DNA of 64,000 bases, taken from contig NC_045696.1 in assembly GCF_009834535.1 (NCBI RefSeq), forward strand, positions 54,810,001 through 54,874,000, given 5' to 3'. The translations under genes were made by a program, and so were the position numbers. Shown piece by piece: positions 39,519 to 52,872 of this stretch. The DNA is from Camelus ferus (Eukaryota). Below the pieces are notes generated by a model. That model saw only the letters and a list, made by a program, of their open reading frames with translations, was not told the origin of the DNA and did no database searches. Each line of letters starts with the position of its first letter. The stretch's first letter is position 1.

Positions 39519-41464
39519 GTCTACCCCTACCTGCTGTTTTTCTTCCTGCCTCTCTTAAACCTGGGCCAGTTGTTTGAGGAGGATGCCAAGATCCTCACCC
39601 AGTCTTTACTGGGGACTAAAGCAGTCTCACCAATCATTTTTCATGATCCCCTTCTTAGAATAAAGCAAATCCTAATGTAAGCAAAATATTCTTTGTGTGA
39701 TTTGAAATTGAAGGGCTAGCTTCTGGGACCCCTGTGAGGTCAACTGAGGTAACAACTGCAGTAAAAGCACTTATATTTCATTAAGGTTGCTTTCTCAGTG
39801 GCCCCACAATGAGCAAGCAAGTTGCCTCTGCTGGCAAATCAATAACCCTTGAGTGGATGATTCACAGGAACACCGTATTAGGAACTGTAAGTTTAGTTAG
39901 AATATTGGAATGAAAGAAAGGCATGACCCATGGCCCCAAGTAGTTTATTATGGGAAGATAGCTCAAGGAATCATGTCTGTGTCTTCCCTAATGTCTTATC
40001 TATTCTGCCTTTAGAACGTTGGGCCAGAGCACACTAATGAAAATATCTTGCAGTCTATTTGATCCATGATCCATTCTAGACAGGAATCTTTTCACTAGAC
40101 CCAACAAATGCATGACTTTGTCAGCCTGGAACTGAAACAAAAACCAAAATGGGAATTGGAATCTTCCCTTCAGTTTTTCCTCTTCTTTCATTTATTCTAA
40201 TGCCAAAAACTAGCCGTTTTCCAGTGACCAGACATAATTCTCCTGTGCATCATCATGCAGTGATGATTCACTGACTATGTTTATCTCAAACTGACCCTTT
40301 TCAGCTAGAGATGAAATTTTCCTCTCTATTTGCATAAGAAACTGAGACTTTTATGATTCCATAAATTAATCTGACAAAGAAGCTATAGTCTTCAAGGAAT
40401 TTTGAATTTAGATTTAAAATACAGCCTTCAAATATAATCCTAGTTTCTTGTGGAATCAAATCAATTGGATTTCATAGGCTGATTTCAGTCAAATTGACAA
40501 AAGAAGGCAGAAGTCCTAGAGATATATTGAGTTTTCTTGTAGGCAGTCACCCATGAAGTTAAAATCCAGGGGAAATCAAATATCTTTAGTTCAGTCATTT
40601 GCCTCCAGTAATGACTGGCTTTTACACCAACCGTAACATTTCTCTACCATTATAACGATTTAGAGCATTTTTGTGTATCAGATTATTCTCACTTTGACAG
40701 TTTTCCCTGCTTCACGGCTGAGCCAGTCCAATGCTCTAAGGTGCTGTCAGTTCACATGAAGGGACAATCTGCAGGCTCCACTGAGTAGGCGACGTGCTCC
40801 ATCATGACTGGCTACACTCAAGTTATGAGTCTTTACCTTTCACTCAAAGCAGCTCTACATTTTCTTTTAACAGTTGTGAGTCAGTCTAGAGTCCTTAGTT
40901 TTTAGACTGTAGGTGTGGGTGAGTGTAAGAAGCAGGAACAAAGATTTTCAGAAAGCTCACTTCCGACACACAGGTAGTGCTGGAGTGGGCTTAAAAATGC
41001 ATATACCCCCCCTCAACCCAACGCTTGCTGATACTTCGTAAGAGACTAATATTTGGGCTTCAATATCAAAAGGTCTGGTCCAGCCATGAAAGGAGCCCAC
41101 ATGCCTCTCACTAACTTTTACAAAGACTTGTGGATTTTGCTTTTTTAAACACTTTTATTACGAAATAGATTATATATGCATCTAATAAAGTTCATAAAAT
41201 ACATTTTCAGCTTAATAAATAGCTATAAGCAACACTCATGTAAATATTACGGATGTCAAGCAAAAGAAAATTATCAGCATTCCAGAACCCCTACATGTGT
41301 CTCTTCCCACCATTTCCTCCCATTTGAGGTGATCATTACTCTGACACTAATAATAATCAATTCCCGGTTTTCTTTTAGTTTTACTTCTTATTTATGCATC
41401 CCAAGAAAAACACTTTAGTTTTGCCTGTTTTGAATACTATATGAATGGAATTGCACTGTATATA

Positions 41465-41613
41465 TTTTCTTTTTGTCTTTTCAAGAATACTGAAGAGATT
41501 TTATTGATAGAGTAGGTTATAGAGGTCACTATTAAGTCTTTTTATTGACATATAGTTGATTTACAATGTGGTGTTAGTTTTTGGTATATAGCATAGTGAT
41601 TCAGTTATACATA
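41465..41613 (-). mobile_element. Very short younger L1 3' end with extra downstream sequence
   Basis: Minus strand tatgtataactgaatcactatgc...aacaccacattgtaaatcaactatatgtcaataaaaa, then about 58 nt with a second AATAAA and an A-rich tail. Confidence 0.75.
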
Positions 41614-42157
41614 AGTTGCCTTTTTTTCATTCACTATGAAGATGGTTTCACCATACTGATGTACATAGAACTCTTAACTTTCATTGCTGTATAATATTCA
41701 CTGGCTTATTGACATTGCTATTTATTTATTTATTTTACTATTAAAGGACTCTGGGTTTTGTAAAACTTGAAAAATGCTGCTTTGCACATTCCTGTATCTT
41801 ATTTCTTGTTGCATATAAATATGCAGATTTGTAGACTATCCACTTAGAAATGGAAACACTATGTCATAGAATATATATTTTTTCAACTTGAGTAGTTTTT
41901 TTAAAACTATAGCATTAATAGATAATCTTATACCAGTCTGCAAAATGTTGAACTAATTTACATTCCGAAGTGATGCATTAGAGTTTATGTGTGCCAACAC
42001 TCGGTTCATGTGTGTGCCAACACTTGGTACAGTCAAGTATGCTTTACTATCTGCCAATATGAAGCATGTATATTGGAATCTCATTGTAATTATAATATAC
42101 ACTTTCCCTCATTACTAATGAATATTCATCTCAACTTTTAATGTACTTATAGGTCAT

Positions 42158-42523
42158 TGTCTTAGTCTGCTCAGGCTTCCGTAACAAAATATCCTAGACT
42201 AGTGGTCTTAAAACAACAGAAATGTATTTCTCAGCATTCTGGAGGCTGGGAAGTGCACAATCAAGGAGCCAGCCAATTTGGTTCCTGATAAAAGCCAGCT
42301 TCCTGTTTTGCAAATGGCTACCTTTTTGCTGTATCCTCACATGGTGAAGTAAGATCATTTCTTACCTGTCTCTTCTTATTAGGGCACTAATCTCATTCAT
42401 GAGGGCTCCACCCCTATTGACCTAATTACTTTCCACAGGGCTCCCCACTCCAAATACTATCACATTGGGGATGAGGACTTCAACAATGAATTTTAGAAGG
42501 ATACAGATATTTAGTCCATAGCA
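42158..42523 (-). mobile_element. MLT1A-type MaLR solo LTR nested in L1
   Basis: tgtcttagtctgctcaggct...ttctggaggctgggaagt...cctcacatgg...catgagggctccaccc...agtccatagca. Both termini present. Confidence 0.9.
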
Positions 42524-43261
42524 CTTGCTTACAATGTCCTGTTTTGTGAAGTATCTCTTCAAAACTCTTAGACAACTTTTCTGTTGAGTTATCTGCCTTT
42601 TATCACTTTGATTTTTTGGAGGCTATCATATATATTGGATTCTGTTCTATATTCTGGATATTTTGTAAGTTATAAGTATTGCTAATATCTCCCACATTCT
42701 GCAGCTTATCTTGTCTCTATAATGAAATGTCTTTTGATTAATGGAAATTATTAGCTTATTAATGCACTCCTCTTTGTAAGTCTTTATCGTTATGGCTCTG
42801 TAATTTGTGTCTTCTTCAAGAAATCCTATCCTGAGGTCTAAAGATATTCTCTTCTTTCTCTCTTAAACACTTTGTAATTTTTAACCATTAAAATGTAGGT
42901 CTTGAAGATCAATATAGGCCTTCAAGAAGATTTTTATTAATATGATGCAAATTGGGAGTTTACTTTTTAAAAAATATTGATAGCAATTATGTCAGCATAG
43001 TTTATTGAAAGTTTGTGGTTTCTTACACTTACCTGTTGTAATATTTGCTCAATAAATCAAGTGTCTGTTTATACTTAGGGTTGACACTAAGTTCTCCATT
43101 CTGTGTCATTGATCTACATCTGCCAAACCACAGTCCTCCTTCTTACAGATTTACAGTATGTAATAATAACAAAGAAAGTTCTCCTATCTTGTTTTTCTTA
43201 AAAAATGTTTTGGCTATTTTTAGCTTTTTGCAATTCCATACAAATTTTCATTTTTTTGTTT

Positions 43262-46200
43262 TCACACCTAATGTGGAGTTACTGTATCTTATGGTAGTTC
43301 TATTTTTAATTTGGGGGGAAAACTTTATATGGTTTTCAGTAGTGGCTGCAACAATTTACATTCCCACCAAAAGTATACTAGGCCTCCCTTTTCTTCACAT
43401 CTTAACCAACATTTGTTATTTCTGGTCTTTTTGATTACAGACATTCTGTCAGATGTGAGGTGTTATCTCATTGTAGTTTTGATTTGTATTTCCCTGATGA
43501 TGAGTGATGTTGAGTATCTTTTTGTGTGCCCATTTGCTATCTGTATAGTTTCTTTGGAAAAATGTCTAGTCAAGGTCTTCTGCCCATTTTTAAAATGGGT
43601 TGTTTGTTTTTTCATATTGCATTGTATGAGTTATTTATATGTTTTGGATATTAACTCACTTATCAGTAATATCATTTACAAATATTTTCTCCCTTCACTA
43701 GGTTGTATTTTTGTTTTTCCAGTAGTTTCTTTTGTTGAGCAAAAGTTTTTATGTGTAATTAGGTCCCATTTGCTTACCTTTGCCTTTGTTTCCTTTGTCT
43801 CAGGAGACAGATTCATGAAAACATTGCTGCAGTTTATGTCAAAGAGTGTTGCGCCTATGTTCTCTTCAGGAGTTTTATGGTATCCAGTCTTACATATAGG
43901 TTTTAATCCATTTTGAGGTTTTTAGTTTTTTCTTTTTCTTTCTTTCTTTCTTTCTTTTTTTTGGCATATAGTATGAGAAAACGTTAATTTTATTTTTTTG
44001 TTTACATATAGCTGACCAGTTTTCCCAGGACCACTTACTGAAGACACTGTCTTTTTCTCATTGTACATTCTTGCCTCCTTTGTAGTAGATTAATTACCCA
44101 TAAGAGCATGGGTTTATTTCTGGGCTCTCTACACTGTTCCATTGATCTAAGTGTCTTTTTTGTGTGCCTTTAGCTTAGTAATTTAGTCTGAAGTCAGAGA
44201 GCATGATACCTCCACCTTTGTTCTTTTTTCTCAAGATTGCTTAGGCTAAAGTGTTTTGTGGTTCCATACAAATTTTAGGATTATTTGTCCTAGTTTTGTA
44301 AAAATTGTCAAGTATTTTGATAGGGATTGCATTAAATCTGAAGGTTGCATAAATATTTTCACAATATTAATTTTTCCATTCCAAGGACAGAGGATATCTT
44401 TCCATTTCTCTGTATCATATCTAATTTCTTTCATTAATGTTTTAGAGTTTTGAGAGAATAGATCTTTCACCTCCTTGGTTAAGTTTATTTTCAGGCATTT
44501 TACCCTTATTGATGCAATTTTAATTGTGAATTTTTTTCTTGATTTCTTTTTCTGAAAGTTCATTATTAGTGTATAGAAGAGCAACAGATGTCTGTGTATT
44601 AATCTTGTATCCTGCATCTTTACAGAATTCATTTATAAGTTCTAATAGTTTTTGTATGGAGACTTTAGGGTTTTCTATATAAAGCATCCTGTCATCTGCA
44701 AATAGTACCAGTTCAATTTTCCCTTTCCAATTTGTATACTCTCTATTTCTTTTTCTTGATTGCTGTGACTTTCAATACTATTTTATAGTAGTGATGACTG
44801 TCAGCATTCTTGTCTTCCTGATTTTAAAGGGAAACTTTTCATCTTTTCACCACTGAGTTTGATGTTAGCTGTTTCTCATAAGTGACCTTTATTACATTGA
44901 GATATGTGCCCTCTATGCCAACTTTGATGAGAGCTTTAATCATGAATGGATGGTGAATTTTGTCAAATGCCTTTTCTGCTTCTATAGAGATTATCATGAT
45001 TTTATCCTTTCTTTTGCTAATATTGTGCATCACATTGATTGATTTATGGATATTGAACTGTCCTTGCATCCCTGGAATACATACCAATTGATCACAGTGT
45101 ATGATTATTTTAATATATTGTTGAATTCGGTTTGCTAATATTTGTTGAGGATTTTTGCATCTATCTCAACAGAGATGCTGACCTGCAACTTTCTTTTTCT
45201 CTTTTTTTCCTTTGTAGTGTCTTTGTCTGGTTTTGGTATCAGGATAATGGTGGCCTTGTAGGATGAATTTGGGAGTGTTCCATTGTCTTAAATTTTTTGA
45301 CATAGTTTGAGAAGGATAGGTATTAGCTCCTTTTGTATGTTTCATAAAATTCCCCATGAAGCTGTTTAGTCCTGTTTTTTTTTTTTTTTTCAATGCAAAT
45401 TCAATTTCACTGATAGTGATCAGTCTATTCAGATTGTTTATTTCTTTCTGATTGAGTCTTGGAAGATTGTATATTTCTAGAAATTTATCCATTTCTTTTC
45501 GTTGTTCAATTTATTGGCATATAACTGTTCATATTATTCCCTTATGATTTTTTTGTATTTCTGTGAAATTCGTTGTAATTTTTCCTCTTTCATTTTTAAT
45601 TCTTTTGTTTATTTGGGTCCTTGTTCTTTCGTTTTCTTGATGATCTTAGCAAAAGGCTTATTTATGTTTTCAAAATAAACAGCTCTTGGTTTTATTAATT
45701 TTTATTGTTTTTGTCTCTATTTCTACTGTGATAATTATTATTTCCTTCCTTCTGCTGACTCTGGGCTTTGTTCTTTATCTCTGCTTCATTAGTTATTTGT
45801 TTTTGTTTTCCTTTGTTCTTTCTTTTGAAGCAAATTTTTCTGTCTTCTCATTTTGCTTAACTTTCTCTGTCCTCTGCAAAGTTAAGTGAAACAGTTACCT
45901 ATCCCATTCTTGAAGGGGTGTCCTTGGGTGGGAGCATCCCTATGCAGTCTACATGTGTCCACTGGCTTTAGTGGGAAAGCAAGATCTGAGTGAGCATGGA
46001 TCACATCTTCCCCTACAGTGTGCTAGCAGCTATCACCTTGTTGGGAGATGGGGCTGGAGACTGGAGGAGCTAGAGCCAGAGCCAGGTGTGGTCTGAAGCT
46101 TCTCCTATGCTGAGAGGCCAACATTGCCCAACAGGGGCAGGGGCAGGTCCCAAAGTGCTGGAGCAAATACCCTGAGGGTTCGGCCTGAGATGGTTCCATT

Positions 46201-47190
46201 CCCTCTAAGTGTATGCTCTCCCTGCTCCCAGCATTGGCACTTTTGCTCCAGAGGTGAGCAGTGCTGGAGCCCCAGATGGGTCCTGATTTGCTGCTTCCAC
46301 AAATGCCAATAATGGCCTCTCTCCCCCATTCAGATGTAATATTAGGTCCTATCTGGCTCCGACCCCTACGACTGCACACCCTTCTCAGCAATGGCAGCCT
46401 TTTGTCCTAGTAGGAAAACTATGCTGGAGCAAGAGGTTGGAGTAGAAGATAGGCCTGAGCCAGGGAACACACTGGGGTGGTCCTAGCATGCCAGTCAGAG
46501 CTCTAGACCACTCCTGATCTGCTGCCTTCACAAACACCAGATAGCTGCCCTTGCCTCATTCAGATACTGTGCTGAGTCAAAACTGGCTCTGTCCCCACAA
46601 CCATACACTCCTCAGCAGATGCAGCCTTTACCATAATAGGAAGTTAAAACAAACCCCTAGAGGAGTCAGGGCAGGCTCTCGGTATGAGCCAAGCCATATG
46701 CTGGGGTGGTCATGGGAAACCAGCCAGAGTCCCAAGCAATTTCAATCTGCTTTCTGCATCTTATTCCTGGGAGTAAGGAAGTGTTCACACTCTTCACAAT
46801 CAGAGTCTAAGTTTCTTACAGACTCCCTGTAAGTTCTACTGGTTTTCAAACCAGCTAGGAGGACTTGTCTTGCTGGTGTCAAACCCCAGGGCTGGGGTGC
46901 CAAATATGTGGTTTGAACGTCTCAATCCATAGGGAGGATCTCCAAGCCCATGATATCCACCCCCTCCTAGTCTATGTCCTCTCCTAAGGGTGCACATCCT
47001 GACCTGATTACTTCTCTTCCATTCCTACCCAACTTTGTGTGGATCTTTCCTTACAGTCTTGGCTGTATAAGTCTTTCTGAAGTCTCCAGTTTGTTTTCAG
47101 TAAGAACTGTTCCACATATAGATGTATTTTTGATGTGTTCCTGAGGGTAGGTGAGCTCTACTTCCTCCTGTCATCTTGGTCTCCTCCTCC
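43262..47190 (-). mobile_element. LINE-1 with 5' UTR, large internal deletion and no 3' UTR
   Basis: ORF2 remnants ([46 protein letters not shown]). GC-rich 5' UTR at 45900-47190 begins aggagaccaagatg...gagctcacc on the minus strand. Confidence 0.93.
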
Positions 47191-47229
47191 TGATTATCTT
47201 TTTTATTTTTTTTATTTTTTTGACTAGAG

Positions 47230-47530
47230 TATTTAGTTCATTTTTGTTCACAATAATTAATGATATATTTGGATTTATTTCTACTATCTTCCACTTTTTG
47301 TTTGTGGTCTCTGTTTTTATCTCTTTTCTTACTTTTGGTTATTGAATACTTAATCATGCTTTCATCCATTATTCGTATAAAGTTTAGGCCCTTTGTTTCC
47401 ACTCCTGTGGTAATATTAGAAATTATAACATACATAGTTAACTTATTAACACTTGTAATTATTAAATTTTTTACCTTCTTTGAAAATATTAGGATATTAG
47501 AATTTTTAGCTCCATTAATTCTGCTCATTC
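47230..47530 (-). mobile_element. Old L1 fragment, likely the continuation of the 41140 element
   Basis: aatgatatatttggatttatttctactatc resembles antisense L1 endonuclease-region sequence. Confidence 0.5.
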
Positions 47531-47969
47531 CAATTTATAGATTATGGCTCTGTGGATATTTAAAAAGTCTATGTGGATGGGGATTATGCATATTTGGTAC
47601 ATTGCTGGATATTTAAATCTAGTATAGTACCTAGAATGTGGAAGTTAAACAATATAGACTTAAATGAATGAATAGCAAAATGAATAAATTAATAAGTATA
47701 GTCCCTACACTTATGGCATGTACAACCTGGTGGATATCTGTTGAAAACCTAAGTATCCATCTTAGTGATCTGTTGGTTCAAGGCTGCTTGTCTGATTCAC
47801 ACTGTGAAAAAGGAAAAAAAAAAAAAAAAAAAAAGACAGACCCAGGAGTATGCAATTCAAAATTACCTATGATACTACTGTACTCTTAGTTGGTCTTAAT
47901 GTCTGTTATCATGTCCAAAGGCCATTAGGAAACCATGAAGGGAAGGGATTTGAAGAAGGGATTTGAAGG

Positions 47970-48123
47970 GTACAACACAGGGAATATAGCCAATATTTTA
48001 TATAACCATAAATGGAGTATAATGTTTAAAATTGTGAATCACAATGTTGTACACATATAACTTACATAATATTGTACACCAACTCTATTTCAGTACAAAA
48101 AGTCAAATAAAATAAAAATAAAA
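47970..48123 (+). mobile_element. Short L1 3' end
   Basis: gtacaacacagggaatatagccaatatttt...tgtgaatcac...tgttgtacac...aatattgtacaccaac plus an A-rich tail. Confidence 0.8.
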
Positions 48124-48769
48124 TCTAGACTCATTTCTGAAGCTGACTAACATGAAGCTATAGTGATCTGTATTTTTCTTGAAGTTGTAGGTAAAGCTGG
48201 TCCTGAGGATTTAACAGTACCAACTGAGTGTGAACTTTTGCTTTATCTAATTTGGGCTTTGCTAATATATGCAGATTATCTTCTCCTCCCTCACTTTCCC
48301 TAGGGGACATTCATACCTCTGAGGGCAAGAATAGAGTGTCTCTAGATTTCCCCAGCAAGGGTCTCTTCATTTCTAGATGAAAGTCAAGTTCATATGCATA
48401 ACCCTTTGCTATATGCCCATAGAGCAGATCTAGGCACTAGCGCTACCATGCTGTTACTAGTGCTCATCACAATTTTCATTGTGTATTGTTCTGCTTTGGT
48501 TCATGGGGTGTATTGATGGGATTAGAGAGAGTGGCAGTAACAGTGTGCTAAGCACGTAAAAGAGCTATGGAAAATGTGGTGGGTGCACTTGGAGAAGGTA
48601 GCTAGATTTGAAACTGATGATTTATGGCCTTTTTCATCTTTAACAACTCCAAGATATATACCTATAGATACTGACATAAGCACACAATTTTTTTCTGGGG
48701 CAACAATTACATTACACCTAGCATTTGAATCTCATTTTCCCGAGTTACCTCCTTTTCTTTCTATTTGGC

Positions 48770-49000
48770 ACATCATTGAATGTCTTTTAGTCTATTTTTT
48801 TTAACAAATTGTCTTCAAATGTACAAGGCACTTTTCTATTGCTTGGTTATAAAATGTGAGTAATTTCTGTCTTTATGAAACCCATGGTAAGTTGAAGAGA
48901 CAAAGAAATAAAATAAGCAATTATACCACAGTGTGATAGTACCATAAATAGGAAAATAATAGGAATCTAAGTCAGACTGGGACTTGTCAGAAGGGTCCCT
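48770..49000 (-). mobile_element. L2 3' fragment
   Basis: ataagcaattataccacagtgtgatagtacc...ctaagtcagactggg. Confidence 0.5.
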
Positions 49001-49074
49001 TTATATTATTTCTGGATACCTTCTCTGACCATCTGTGTTTGGGTGAGATGTGACATTTCTGTGTTCAGTGAGAG

Positions 49075-49165
49075 TACCATATTGCTCAGCTCCAGGGGTG
49101 ACACTCGTATTGTAAAGCAAATGCTGTCCACTGGATTGTTCAGCATATACTCCATGCAACTCATC
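49075..49165. mobile_element. Possible MER91-like palindromic MITE remnant
   Basis: agctccaggggtgacac ... gtccactggattgt weak inverted arms. Confidence 0.3.
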
Positions 49166-51169
49166 TACTATAATGGCAAAAACAGCTGTAATTATTTTGA
49201 AAAGGTCAATTCTTAAGGAAAGATAGTGAATTATTATACTGGTCTAAACTATGGAAAGGTGTTTTATTGATAAGAAGTATAAGAGAGATACTCTTCCAGG
49301 TCTTAGTAGATAGTTATCCCATCAATAAAAGAATAAGAAATGAAAGACAGCAACTTCAAGATCTTATGCAGTGCTGCCAAATCAAGACATAAGCTGGTAC
49401 CAGACCATGGTGATTTAGCAATCCTCTGAGGAAAAAAGTGATGGTAGATGGTATATCTTCTGGATATTCATGAGGTTGTAGTCTTCAGAAGACTGATTTC
49501 CGTAAGTCAGTACTCCAGATCTTCAAAAGATAATCAGAACTAGGAACAGTCACAGGGGTCGACATATTTGAAGCCAAAACAGTCCTGAAAGAGATTACTT
49601 CCAATGGAGTCCTGGTAGTGGGAGTAACGGTTTTTAATAAGCCCTGTTAAATGTGATATCTGTATATTGTGCAAGATGTCTGTCCTTTGTAAACTAGGGA
49701 AAGCACCTCCCACCTACGAGCACCTCACTCTGGGTCACATGTATGTCAAGAACCCAGGGCACAGGAGTGACAGGCATGGCAGTATACAGCAGGAGCTACA
49801 GAGATTATTGAAGAGCTGAGGTTCAGATTTTCCAGTCAAAGCCGAGGGCATTTTGTACAACTGAGCTGACTGGCCATGAGTCTCTGAGCGTTGAATCAAT
49901 GCAGTGGTGCCTCTTTATAATGCAGCGTAAGAGGCCAAACCTCCCAGTCGGAAGTCATGCCCTGAGGACACATGCAACTGTACAGCAGAACTACAGAACT
50001 TTCTTCATGTTAACCAGGCAGCTCTTGGATTCTTGTTTAGCTCTGATATTTGCAACTCACTTTAAGGTAAAGAGTATTTGGAAACTTTATTAAACTAAAT
50101 CTGCCATCAGTCAAGACTTTCCTCTTTAATTTAGTTCCAAAATTTCTGAAGAAAAAAAAAATCAATATTGAGTTTTTCAGTAGGCACTTTATACCCATTG
50201 CAAAATAACTATTTACCAGTTTGTGTAGTCGGTAAATTTACCTGTGAAGAATTAAATATGAATACAAGAGCTCTCATATATAGACAGAAGTAATTTCTTT
50301 TGGAAAATCCACCATATATTGCTTTGGGTGCTTTGTGTTTGCCTAATCATGAGTCATCTCCTTCTTTTGATGAAGTAATTCATATCTGAATGTTTTCATC
50401 ATGAAAATAAAAGCCCACTTCAAATTCTCTTTATGAGAAAGTCTGTGCTTTGGACACGAGATGATCATTTCTCTTGAGGAAACAACACTAAAAAAAAAAT
50501 CAAAACTTGTTTTTAGCACAAAAACTGTAGCTCTAAATTTGTTTAAATGGGTTTAGTTTTCTCTTTCAATTCCTGTGTCAAATTCAAGTGTGGGAAGAAT
50601 TTTTAGCATCATGGATAATCTGCAAAGTGATGGAACTGTGCATCGGGTCTACAACAAAATGAATATATAGTCAGTATATAGGAAATGCTGCGCCTTCTTA
50701 AAAGCAATATGAGTGGAAGAGAAAGATGGGCATCTGAACCGAAAGACATAAAAAGCTATATATTCTAATATGGATTGTAAGGTATAATTTGGATCATCCT
50801 AATATGAAGCCAATGAATTGGAAACTTGGGAATTCAGACAAGAGCTAAAGAAAAAGAGAAGGTGGGATTTATTTCCTGAGCCAGCTAACATCAGGCTAGA
50901 AATGGTTCATTTTTTTCCTCCTTTTTGATAGATGGACTATTTTCCCCCTTAAAAATATGACCAAACAGTACATAAAATTTTCTTAATAATAATTATCTTT
51001 AGGGGAGGGCCAGGGGAGCAGAGGACAAAAAACTCTGAGACTCATTAATAAACTTTCTGAACAATTATTTGTATATTCTAATAATGTGCATGGAATACTT
51101 TTTTTAAATGTCTATAGGTATTTTGTAGGTGGAGAGATTGTGAACTATCTATTTCTTCATTTTTACAGT

Positions 51170-51790
51170 TTTGAGTACTAAAAGCACTAATGCTATTCTT
51201 GAGCAATATTCATTGCTGAAAATTAGAAATAACAGATAAACAAAGATAATACTACTAAAACATTTTAAACCCCATGATCAATTCAAAGACAGTTGTTAGC
51301 GTTTATGTTTTCTAAAAATTCTTCCAGATTGTTTTCTCAAATATATTATGCTAATTTAACACCTCACATATAACTTTCCATTATCACTTAATATATTTCT
51401 GCACTTCCATTTTTAAGGATTACATATAACGTATAATGAATTCATTATTGTTGGACTCATACACTGTTTTAAGTTCATCCTTCTTCCTTCATAATTTGTG
51501 TATTTGCCTCATTATTTCTTAGGACAAATTCCTAGAAGAGTGTTGCTGGCCCAAAAGGAAGGCATATGTTCAAGGAATTTGATACAGTTGCCAAATTGCC
51601 TTTCAGGAAAGTTGGACCAATTTAGACTACCATTAGCAGTGTATCAGAATGTCTGTTTCTTCCAACTCATGCTGTCACTCAGTTTTGTCAGTCATTTTAA
51701 TATTTGTCAATGTAGTAAGCTAAAAATTAAATCTCATTTTATTTGCATTTTGGAAGTTAAATACAGTTTCTTCTTTCTCAAGTTATCTGT
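51170..51790 (-). mobile_element. Old L1ME-like 3' fragment
   Basis: tatttcttaggacaaattcctagaag...ttgccaaattgcctttcaggaaagttggaccaatttagactacc. Confidence 0.6.
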
Positions 51791-51983
51791 TATTGCCGAG
51801 ATTACTTTTTCCACTGAGATGTTTAACTATGGCTGTTAAAACTCTTTGTATGGTAAGTATGTTAACATATATTAATATACTTCATAATTATCTTTTTCAG
51901 TTTAGTGTTCAATCTCAATTTTGTTCATTCTGGTTCTTTTTTTCCATAGAAAAGGGAGTTTTACATTTTATGTTCAAATTGAT

Positions 51984-52524
51984 TGAAGTTACGTACACAA
52001 ATGGTCAATGGTCAGACCACTATATAAAAACAGAATTTTGTTCCACAAACCTGCAGCAGCCCTCCTAGAAAACCAGCCCATGTAATAAACAACTGGGAAG
52101 CTAGCTTGCTTTAGGTCTGACTTGCAGGAACACAGACTGCTACGTCTAGTAGCAGTCCATGAAGCTAAATAATGACTTCTGTGTCAATCAGCCCCAAATG
52201 GCCAGGATTTGATTGATAACTGACAGCTTCCATAATTTTTGTCCCCACTTCCAACTTAGAATCAACCAGAGAAAGTCAAATATGTACCCCTAACAAATCA
52301 CAAAGGATGATCTGTTTCTAGTTCTTCTGCTTAGAGTTTTCCCTTGCCAACAGCCTCAGTCAGGGCACACCAGAAACCTCCCCTTTCATCCACTGTAAGG
52401 TTTCCCACCCCTCTGCCTGAGTCTCTGACAAAGACAAGTGATGGTGGCTGACTTCTTGCTAGTGCAAGCTCAGTATAAATAACCTCTGCTCTTTCCACTT
52501 GGGTAAGCTTCGTTTATTTCCACA
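51984..52524 (+). mobile_element. ERV1-class solo LTR (MER89/MER90/MER110-like)
   Basis: TG...CA bounded, about 540 bp; ggtcagaccac, cccaaatggccagga, actgacagcttcc, ccagagaaagtcaaatatg. Confidence 0.75.
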
Positions 52525-52627
52525 CTATTTATGTATTCTCAGTAGTTTCTCCTTTGGTGGCACACACTGAACTCTTCTCTTCACAAGTTTATGTAATTTT
52601 TAGCTGTATTTATTTATATTTTATTAA

Positions 52628-52872
52628 ACAGTCAATATGGTATGGTGGTTCAAAGCACTGGCTGAGGAACTAGATTACTTGGATTTTCATATCTGGGCTG
52701 CGACTAATCAGTTAAATGCCTTTGACAAATTACCTAACCTCCCTGGCCTCAGTTTTCCCATCTGTATAATGAGTATAATATTAGCTCCATAGGGTTGCTG
52801 TGAGGACTATGCAAGAATGCTTAACACAGTGCCCACTACATAGTTAACGCTCAATATGTTACTATCACTGTC
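52628..52872 (+). mobile_element. Near full-length MIR
   Basis: tggtatggtggtt...acctaacctc...gcctcagttttcccatctgtataatg...catagggttgctgtgagga...acagtgccc...gctcaata. Confidence 0.9.

Larger units (their letters stand above)
41140..43255 (-). mobile_element. Old L1 (L1ME-like) 3' UTR and ORF2 end, interrupted by younger insertions
   Basis: Antisense L1 motifs: tagttttgcctgttttgaa, aatttacattcc, gccaacacttggta, gtgaagtatctcttcaaa. Confidence 0.85.

Noticed and set aside
17468..40340. Scattered octamer motifs (ATTTGCAT/ATGCAAAT), e.g. near 17470, 22766, 25228 and 40329
   Set aside because: Isolated 8-mers are expected in 64 kb of AT-rich DNA. No associated TATA/leader exon or snRNA gene was seen.
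43311..43916. Longest ORF in the track (201 aa, hydrophobic)
   Set aside because: Antisense frame of L1 ORF2. Such T-rich frames routinely give hydrophobic pseudo-ORFs.
45900..47190. GC-rich block resembling a gene promoter
   Set aside because: It is the L1 5' UTR, with CpGs largely decayed.
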